Origin: Burkholderiales bacterium
GTDB lineage: Bacteria; Pseudomonadota; Gammaproteobacteria; Burkholderiales; JBBRTU01
DNA length: 64,000 bases
Reading direction: 5' to 3'
Assembly (NCBI GenBank): GCA_038244115.1
Contig: JBBRTU010000001.1
Location: 150,632-214,631 of the forward strand
Shown one piece after another: positions 18,259-24,844 of this stretch. The notes under the pieces were generated by a model. That model was not told where the DNA came from. It did not search any database and saw nothing but the letters and a program-made list of their open reading frames with translations. Both the position numbers and the translations under genes were made by a program. Position 1 is the stretch's first letter. The number at the start of each line of letters is the position of its first letter.

Positions 18259-18350
18259 GGACGCAGATGAACGCAGATATGCGCAGATAAAAACAAGAAG
18301 TCGATTGATGGAATTTAAGTATCTGCGTTAATCGGCTTTTATCTGCGTCC
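18259..18350. repeat. GCAGATAAAA-type palindromic repeat element
   Basis: Left arm GGACGCAGATGAACGCAGATATGCGCAGATAAAAAC and right arm GTATCTGCGTTAATCGGCTTTTATCTGCGTCC. A related copy sits at 38980-39103 in opposite orientation. Confidence 0.7.
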
Positions 18351-18397
18351 AATAGCCATTCTTATGAATGCGATAACAATTTTTCTGGAGTACAAAA

Positions 18398-18715
18398 ATG
18401 GGTAAATGGCTAAAGACTTGCATCGTTGAAGACATCCCGCGTCTTGGCGCACGCGTGGTGCGTCATGGTGACGAAGACATTGCGCTGTTCCGCACCGCGC
18501 AGGATAAGGTGTTCGCCCTGCGCGACAAGTGCCCGCACAAAGGCGGACAACTTTCTCAGGGCATCGTGTTTGATGAAAAGGTTTCATGCCCAATGCATGG
18601 CTGGCAGCTTTATCTGGAGTCGGGCGAAGCGGTAGCGCCTGACGAAGGCTGCGCACGCCGCTTTCCAGTTAAGGTAGAAGGCGGCATGGTATTTCTCCAA
18701 GTGGAGTCCATATGA
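18398..18715 (+). CDS. nirD: Nitrite reductase small subunit (Rieske-like)
   Basis: 105 aa with CPHKGGQLSQG...CPMHGW motifs. Overlaps narK by 4 bp. Confidence 0.92.
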   Translation: MGKWLKTCIVEDIPRLGARVVRHGDEDIALFRTAQDKVFALRDKCPHKGGQLSQGIVFDEKVSCPMHGWQLYLESGEAVAPDEGCARRFPVKVEGGMVFLQVESI

Positions 18716-19923
18716 ATAAAAGTTTTTGGCAAGCAGGTCATACCCCTACCTTGTTTGCAGCGTTTTTTTATTTCGATCTGAGTTTCATGGTGTGGGTGCT
18801 GCTTGGACCATTGGGGCCGCAGATTGCTGGCGATCTGCATCTGACCGCAGCGCAGAAGGGTTTAATGGTCGCCACGCCCATGCTGGCGGGTGCCGTTTTC
18901 CGCTTGATCATGGGCATACTGGTTGACCACTTGAAGCCGAAGAAAGCCGGCGCCATCGGCCAGCTGGTAGTGATGGCTGCATTGGCCTGGGCCTGGCTCA
19001 GCGGCATCGACAGTTATCAGCAAATTTTGGTGCTGGCTATATTTCTCGGCGTCGCGGGTTCTGCCTTTGCCGTGGCGCTGCCTTTAGCTTCGCGCTGGTA
19101 TCCGCCGGAGCATCAGGGTAAAGCCTTGGGCATTGCCGGTGCTGGCAATTCCGGCACGGTGTTGGCGGCCCTGTTTGCGCCGGGTTTAGCCATTGCCTAT
19201 GGATGGAATAACGTGTTCGGTTTGGCGCTGATTCCGCTGGCGATTGCCTTCCTGGTGTACGCCTTCATGGCCAAGGACAGTCCGGAGTGTCCACCTGCCA
19301 AATCGTTGGGACAATATCTGGCGGTACTGAAAGACAAGGATGCCTGGTGGTTCATGTTTTTCTACAGCGTCACCTTCGGCGGCTTCTCGGGCCTCGCATC
19401 CTCGCTCACCATTTATTTTCACGATCAGTATGGACTCACCCCGGTCGTCGCCGGTTACTTCACCGCAGCCTGCGTGTTCGCCGGTTCGCTGGTGCGTCCA
19501 CTGGGCGGTGCGCTGGCAGACAGGGTAGGCGGCATTCGCACGCTGTTGACCATGTACACCTGTGCTGCACTATTCCTGGTTGGCGTAAGTTTCAGCTTTT
19601 CATCGGTTTGGGTCACTCTGGCGATATTCGTGGGTGCCATGCTATCGCTGGGCCTGGGCAACGGCGCCGTATTCCAGTTGGTGCCACAACGCTTCCGCAA
19701 GGAAATTGGCGTGATGACCGGGCTAGTGGGTATGGCTGGCGGCATCGGCGGTTTCTATCTGGCATCCAGCCTGGGCTATTCCAAACAAATAAGCGGTAGC
19801 TACCAGAGCGGCTTCCTGATCTTCGCCGCCCTGGCCGTGCTGGCCATGATCGGACTGTCCAGTGTCAAGACACGCTGGCGCACTACCTGGGGCGCGGCTC
19901 ACTTGAGCGCTGCAAAGGTTTGA
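18712..19923 (+). CDS. narK: MFS nitrate/nitrite transporter
   Basis: 403 aa with 12 TM helices and NNP-family glycine-rich signatures (GIAGAGNSG, GMAGGIGGF). Confidence 0.92.
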   Translation: MNKSFWQAGHTPTLFAAFFYFDLSFMVWVLLGPLGPQIAGDLHLTAAQKGLMVATPMLAGAVFRLIMGILVDHLKPKKAGAIGQLVVMAALAWAWLSGIDSYQQILVLAIFLGVAGSAFAVALPLASRWYPPEHQGKALGIAGAGNSGTVLAALFAPGLAIAYGWNNVFGLALIPLAIAFLVYAFMAKDSPECPPAKSLGQYLAVLKDKDAWWFMFFYSVTFGGFSGLASSLTIYFHDQYGLTPVVAGYFTAACVFAGSLVRPLGGALADRVGGIRTLLTMYTCAALFLVGVSFSFSSVWVTLAIFVGAMLSLGLGNGAVFQLVPQRFRKEIGVMTGLVGMAGGIGGFYLASSLGYSKQISGSYQSGFLIFAALAVLAMIGLSSVKTRWRTTWGAAHLSAAKV

Positions 19924-19926
19924 TGC

Positions 19927-20019
19927 TCGGTTTCGAGTTGCGGGTTACGCGTTTCGAGTTCAATGTATCGGGCTATGAAGCATCCGAAACGCGTAACCCG
20001 AAACCCGTAACTCGAAACT
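19927..20019. repeat. CGAAAC-type long imperfect palindrome (possible terminator/REP)
   Basis: GGGTTACGCGTTTCG and CGAAACGCGTAACCC form perfect 15-nt inverted arms, flanked by further GTTTCGAG/CTCGAAAC units. It lies directly after the narK stop. Confidence 0.65.
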
Positions 20020-20029
20020 AGAATTTTCA

Positions 20030-21718
20030 ATGCCTCTCCAAATAAATATCGGTACTGCCACCGCACTCGGTTCGCGTGAGCGCAACGAGGATTTCTGTGG
20101 TGCTGTCACGCCCGAAGGCAGCGAGCTTGCCAGCAAGGGGGCGCTGCTAGCCATCTCCGATGGCGTGGGCGGCAGCGGGGGCGGACGTGAGGCGGCAGAA
20201 GCGGCGGTACGCGGCGTTCTGGCCGACTACTATGCCACGCCGGAAACGTGGGAAATTCCTCACGCGCTGGAAAAAATAATTTCCTCCATCAATAGCTGGT
20301 TACATGCACAGTCAGGCATGCAACGTGTGTACGCTGGTATGGCAGCGACGTTATCCGTGCTGGTGTTGCGCGGTCAGCGCTATGTGTTGGCGCATGTGGG
20401 GGATAGCCGCATCTATCGGCTGCGCGGGGAAAGTTTTACGCAACTGACCGCCGACCATGTTTGGGACAGGCCGGAAATGTCTCATGTGTTGAAGCGCGCG
20501 GTGGGGTTGGATGCGCACCTGGCGGTGGATTATTCGGATGGCCAATTAGCCGTCGGCGACGTGTTTTTGCTGGCGACAGATGGCGTGTGGGAACCGCTCG
20601 GACAACGCACCCTGCACGAAACACTGGTACTGCATCAAGACCCGCAATGTGCCGCAGATGCCCTGGTGAAACAAGCCATCACGCAGGGCGGGCAGGATAA
20701 CGCGACCGCTGTTGTGGTGTGCGTCGAGCAATTAGCAGACGAGGCGATGCAGGATCTGCTGGTTGAGGGACGCGATCTGCCGGTGCCGCCGCGCCTCAAA
20801 ATCGGCCAGCAATTGGATGGCTTCGAAGTGCTCGCGCAGATACATGAATCCCGCGCCACCCTACTATACAAAGTGCGCGATCCAGCCAACAGCCAGACGC
20901 TGGTATTGAAAACCCTGCCGCCCGCGCTCAAGGATGACGCGGAGGCCATGTCTGCCCTGCTGGCTGAAGAGTGGCTCGCCAAGCGGGTGGTGTCGCATTA
21001 CTTTCCGCAGGTTGTGCCGTTTGCGCCAGGCCAGCGTAGTTGTCTGTACTACGCCATGACTTGGCATGAGGGTGAAACACTGCAACAGAAACTCGATACC
21101 GCATATCGCTTTCCGGTTACGGAAACTGCCCAGCTCGGCATTCGTCTCATCAAGGGACTCTCCGCGCTGCATCAGCTGAACGTAGTACACCGCGACATCA
21201 AGCCCGCCAACCTGCATCTGGGTAGCGATAGCAAACTGCGCATACTCGACTTGGGTGTTGCCCTCAATCCGCTCGCCGATCAAGCCAGCGGCAACCCTGG
21301 TACGCCAAGCTACATGGCGCCTGAATTGTTTCTGAATGAGCAAGCCTCCACGCAGAGCGACCTGTATGCCGCTGGCGTAACCTTGTACCACTTGCTGACG
21401 CGTAAGTATCCCTACGGCGAAATCGAACCGTTCCAGCATCCACGTTTTGGTGAACCTGTCCCACCCACGCGCTACCGCCCCGACGTGCCTCAATGGCTGG
21501 AAAATATTCTGTTCAAGGCAATCGCACGTGACAAAAATATCCGCTTCGAAACTGCTGAAGAATTTTTGCTGGCACTGGAACGCGGTGAACAACATTCGCT
21601 CCTGCCACCCCGCCCCACGCCGCTGGCTGAACGCGACCCCTTGACGCAGTGGCAAAGTGTCGCTGTCATTTCATTATTGGTAAACCTTCTTCTGTTGTAT
21701 CTATTTTTCGTCAGCTAG
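20030..21718 (+). CDS. Bifunctional PP2C phosphatase / Ser-Thr protein kinase with C-terminal TM anchor
   Basis: 562 aa. The N-terminal PP2C motifs are RERNEDF and DGVGG...DNATAVVV. The C-terminal Hanks kinase motifs are HRDIKPANL and GTPSYMAPE. The last ~25 aa are hydrophobic. Confidence 0.9.
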   Translation: MPLQINIGTATALGSRERNEDFCGAVTPEGSELASKGALLAISDGVGGSGGGREAAEAAVRGVLADYYATPETWEIPHALEKIISSINSWLHAQSGMQRVYAGMAATLSVLVLRGQRYVLAHVGDSRIYRLRGESFTQLTADHVWDRPEMSHVLKRAVGLDAHLAVDYSDGQLAVGDVFLLATDGVWEPLGQRTLHETLVLHQDPQCAADALVKQAITQGGQDNATAVVVCVEQLADEAMQDLLVEGRDLPVPPRLKIGQQLDGFEVLAQIHESRATLLYKVRDPANSQTLVLKTLPPALKDDAEAMSALLAEEWLAKRVVSHYFPQVVPFAPGQRSCLYYAMTWHEGETLQQKLDTAYRFPVTETAQLGIRLIKGLSALHQLNVVHRDIKPANLHLGSDSKLRILDLGVALNPLADQASGNPGTPSYMAPELFLNEQASTQSDLYAAGVTLYHLLTRKYPYGEIEPFQHPRFGEPVPPTRYRPDVPQWLENILFKAIARDKNIRFETAEEFLLALERGEQHSLLPPRPTPLAERDPLTQWQSVAVISLLVNLLLLYLFFVS

Positions 21719-21841
21719 TGCGGGTAACCGTCGTCCTTACCGCGACTCGCAGTTATCAACGAGCTGGCCGCTTGGTTTGAGGGGTTGCCTTTCCACACGC
21801 TTCATGTAAACTAAGCTCTGTTAGTTCACTATAAGGCAGCC

Positions 21842-22090
21842 ATGCTTACCATCAACATCCACGATGCCAAAACCCAGCTTTCCAAGCTGGTTGAACAAGC
21901 CGCTAACGGTGAGTCCTTCATCATCGCCAAAGCAGGCAAGCCAATGGTCAAGGTTATCGCGCTGGAACCCGCAGAAGCAGGCACGGCCAACCGCTTGGGC
22001 TTCATGGCCGGGGAATTTTCCGTGCCGGACGATTTCGACCAGATGGGTAGCGGAGAGATTGAAAGCCTGTTTGCAGGGCGCAAGGCTTGA
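21842..22090 (+). CDS. Phd/YefM-family antitoxin
   Basis: 82 aa. The opening MLTINIHDAKTQLSKLVEQAANGESFIIAKAGKP is typical of the family. Overlaps the PIN toxin gene by 4 bp. Confidence 0.85.
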   Translation: MLTINIHDAKTQLSKLVEQAANGESFIIAKAGKPMVKVIALEPAEAGTANRLGFMAGEFSVPDDFDQMGSGEIESLFAGRKA

Positions 22091-22473
22091 ACCTCCTGCT
22101 CGACACCCACCTGCTGCTGTGGGCGGCGAGCGAGCCGAAGCGCCTGTCGGCCAAGGCGCGCACCATGTTGCTCGATCCCGCCAATCACCTCATATTCAGC
22201 ACCGCCAGTCTGTGGGAAGTCAGCATCAAAAACGGACTTGATCGTTCGGACTTCAATGTTGATCCGCGCCGACTGTGGCGCATGCTGCTGGTCAATGGCT
22301 ATCGCGAACTACCCATCACCAGCGAGCACACCGTCGCGGTGAACGAGCTGCCTAACTTGCACAAAGACCCATTCGACCGCATCCTCGTGGCGCAAGCACG
22401 CGTGGAAGGATTGACGCTGCTGACGGTAGACAAGGCTGTGGCGAAATACGGCGATGGCGTGAAGAAGGTATGA
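22087..22473 (+). CDS. vapC: VapC-family PIN-domain toxin
   Basis: 128 aa with the acidic PIN residues (LLDTH..., SLWEV, DPFDR). Confidence 0.88.
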   Translation: MNLLLDTHLLLWAASEPKRLSAKARTMLLDPANHLIFSTASLWEVSIKNGLDRSDFNVDPRRLWRMLLVNGYRELPITSEHTVAVNELPNLHKDPFDRILVAQARVEGLTLLTVDKAVAKYGDGVKKV

Positions 22474-22502
22474 GTATGGATGGCGCGGGACATGAGTTAA
22501 TG

Positions 22503-22546
22503 CAAGACCTGACCCCGTGGACACAAGACCTGTGACCCCGTGGACA
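22503..22546. repeat. Two tandem ~21-nt units (minus-strand reading TGTCCACGGGGTCA(C)AGGTCTTG) forming the 3' exon of the intron
   Basis: Read directly. A third copy of the unit forms the 5' exon at 24393-24411. Confidence 0.85.
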
Positions 22547-22586
22547 GGTGAGTAGGCCCAAGGAATCTCACCTTGAGCCGCTCGCA

Positions 22587-22620
22587 GAACCGTACGTGAC
22601 ACTCTCGCGTCATACGGCTC
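22587..22620 (-). ncRNA. Group II intron domain V
   Basis: GAGCCGTATGACGCGAGAGTGTCACGTACGGTTC is a 34-nt hairpin with the AGC triad and a GAGA tetraloop, matching the domain V consensus. Confidence 0.85.
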
Positions 22621-22623
22621 CCG

Positions 22624-23877
22624 TCATCCAACCTTATGTCCTCCAGCCTGCCAATGGATAAACAACCGAGGGTAAACATCCTTCATCTTGGCTAGCCATT
22701 CCGCGCTGCGCTGATGACGCTGCGACAGCGTTTTATATTTCCGCCTGGCCCATTTCTCAAGCTTTCGATCGATATATTGACCGAGCTCGTCCATCGCCTT
22801 TTTGTAGAATGCCCCATAGTAGTTCCACCATCCGCGTACCGTCGGATTGCATTGCTGTGCCAGTTCGGCAAGCTTCGCCGATGTCCGATGCTGTAGCTTC
22901 CACCCCCACACTGTCTGCCGCATCCGCTTCAGCGCATCCTTGCTCACGCCGGGCAGGAAGTTGGTAAACACCCTGCCATGTTTGCTCAGTGCCCGCCTTG
23001 GCCGAAACGTAAAACCAAGGAAGGTAAATTGCACTTGCGGGTAGGCTTGTCGGCGGCTGCCGTCTTTGCAATATACGATCTTCGATTTCTCCGGATGCAT
23101 CGTCAATCCGCATTCCTCCAGCCGTGCTGCGATGGATTGCATCACGTCTTGCGCTTGCTTCAAACTGCGGCAGTGAACCACCGCATCATCGGCATAACGG
23201 GCAAAGGGACACTGCGGGTAGGTGCGCTGCATCCAGCAGTCGAACGCATAATGCATGAACAGGTTCATCAAGATCGGACTGACCACTCCCCCTTGCGGGG
23301 TGCCGCGTTCCCGCAGCAATCGAGTGCCGTCTTTTGCCTCGAACGGCGCAGTCAGCCACCGTTCGATATACAGCAAAATCCAGTCTTCGCTGATGTGGCT
23401 GCGTACCGCTTTCATCAGGAGCGCGTGATCGATGTTGTCGAAAGCGCCCTTGATGTCAAATTCAACCACCCAGTCGTATCGCCAGCACCGTTCTCTGGTG
23501 ACGGCGACCGCCTGTTTCGCCGATTTCCCCGGCCGATATCCGTATGAGTCCGGATGAAACATCGGGTCGAGTTTCGGTTCGATGAGAAGTTTGACTACGG
23601 TCTGCGCAATCCGATCCGAAACAGTGGGTATCCCCAGCTTTCTGAAGCCGCCCGTGGCCTTCGGAATTTCCACTTGCTTGACCGGCGGCGGGATGTACGA
23701 TCCCGAAGACAGCCGGTTCCATAGCTTGTACAAATTCTTCGACAGGTTCTGCTCAAACATGATGATGGTTTCATCATCAATACCGGCAGCACCGCGGTTG
23801 GCTTTGACTTGCTGGTAGGCTTCCCACACTGCGCGTTTGGCAATGCTATAAGGTTTTGCTGGTTTCACGCCGCTCAT
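22624..23877 (-). CDS. Group II intron reverse transcriptase/maturase (no endonuclease domain)
   Basis: 417 aa with RT blocks including the YADD box (ARYADDAVVHC) and a maturase X domain (WWNYYG...). Confidence 0.95.
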   Translation of the reverse strand: MSGVKPAKPYSIAKRAVWEAYQQVKANRGAAGIDDETIIMFEQNLSKNLYKLWNRLSSGSYIPPPVKQVEIPKATGGFRKLGIPTVSDRIAQTVVKLLIEPKLDPMFHPDSYGYRPGKSAKQAVAVTRERCWRYDWVVEFDIKGAFDNIDHALLMKAVRSHISEDWILLYIERWLTAPFEAKDGTRLLRERGTPQGGVVSPILMNLFMHYAFDCWMQRTYPQCPFARYADDAVVHCRSLKQAQDVMQSIAARLEECGLTMHPEKSKIVYCKDGSRRQAYPQVQFTFLGFTFRPRRALSKHGRVFTNFLPGVSKDALKRMRQTVWGWKLQHRTSAKLAELAQQCNPTVRGWWNYYGAFYKKAMDELGQYIDRKLEKWARRKYKTLSQRHQRSAEWLAKMKDVYPRLFIHWQAGGHKVG

Positions 23878-24392
23878 CCCCGCAGGTTGGCGACCTTCGT
23901 CAGCCGGTTAACGCTGCCCCTTCGCTCCACCGTCATTACAACGGCTTCATCACTACTACGGGCAGCTCCGCCCCTCATTCCGGCATCGGTATTCTTCCTT
24001 ATGGTGTCTGCCATTTGTCATTTCCCTTACCATCCGAAACGAGGTTCTCACGTTCCGTACCAAAGCCTGTACTGAGCTCATGCCGCCTAAACACCGACTG
24101 CCGACGGGTCCGTAAACAGGTGTCGTCCCGACTGATCCCGGCGTTGTCTAGCTACCCCGGTTTTGGCAGTGCTTTAGGTCTAACGATGCGTCATCGGTCG
24201 GTTTGCTTTCGCTCATCTTCTCAGTACGTACCTGACATCTTGACGATGCCTTTTCCTCAGTCGCTCACGACCGCGCCTTTTGGACGCAGCCGCACTGGGC
24301 GGTTTGAAACCTGCTCCTGCAAGCCGGTTTCGGGAGGCCATCTCCCATCTTTGATACAGCTACGCAGGCTTGCGCCTACTTTCGTGACACAC

Positions 24393-24411
24393 CAAGACCT
24401 GACCCCGTGGA
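24393..24411. repeat. 5'-exon copy of the 21-nt unit (minus strand ATCCACGGGGTCAGGTCTTG)
   Basis: Read directly; it abuts the intron 5' GTGTG. Confidence 0.85.
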
Positions 24412-24721
24412 TTTTGTAAAAATATCGCGATGGAGTCGGTTCAGTATCGGAAACTGCGTGATAGCTGATTTCGGCCGTCGAGTGCCAAGAGCGGACCGAT
24501 AGGAGCATTGCCGATAACGGCCACTCAAAATGCCATGAGAATTGCTGCCAAAGAAAATCGGAGGCACAATCAACTCTTGCGAGCAGTGACGGGCAAGCTA
24601 TCCGGATAAAGACTTCAACTGACATGGGGAGCAATTTTATGGACATTTATCGGGTTTATGCCGACATCGGGAAATTGAACCGACATCAGTGTCGACTAAT
24701 TCAAAGGTGCCCTACGAACCC

Positions 24722-24844
24722 ATGAGTAACGATCCGCTCACCGAAAAGCAAGAGTACGAAGCTCGGCTCCAGCGCCGCTTGAAGATACTTAAGCAACAGT
24801 TTGACGCTGGCAAGGTGCGCATCGCCGAAGGGCTTCAGCATTGA
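24722..24844 (+). CDS. 40-aa ORF, or the frameshifted N-terminus of the following gene
   Basis: Encodes MSNDPLTEKQEYEARLQRRLKILKQQFDAGKVRIAEGLQH*. It overlaps the TTG-initiated 534-aa ORF in another frame. Confidence 0.3.
   Translation: MSNDPLTEKQEYEARLQRRLKILKQQFDAGKVRIAEGLQH

Larger units (their letters stand above)
22548..24392 (-). mobile_element. Group II intron (about 1.85 kb, ORF in domain IV)
   Basis: The minus-strand 5' end GTGTG at 24392 matches the GUGYG consensus. A ~515-nt domain I-III region precedes the RT ORF. Domain V lies right after the ORF stop. The domain VI region ends ...CCTACTCAC (AY rule) near 22548. The 3' boundary is good to only a few nt. Confidence 0.85.

Noticed and set aside
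17585-18352. 255-aa minus-strand ORF
   Set aside because: Antisense to the TM-rich C-terminal half of the DmsBC-like fusion, and it extends through a repeat element.
24106-24111. Candidate EBS2 (GGACCC) pairing with exon GGGUC
   Set aside because: It lies 3' of the candidate EBS1 in the intron RNA, whereas EBS2 normally precedes EBS1. Without a proper fold it is not reportable.
22503-24411. Short direct repeats of ~21 nt considered as a mini CRISPR array
   Set aside because: There are only three units. Two are directly adjacent without spacers and the third is separated by the intron. No cas genes are present. The units are the intron exon flanks.
24257-24646. 129-aa minus-strand ORF
   Set aside because: It begins outside and runs into the structured 5' domain I of the group II intron. 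There is no RBS or family, so it is likely fortuitous.
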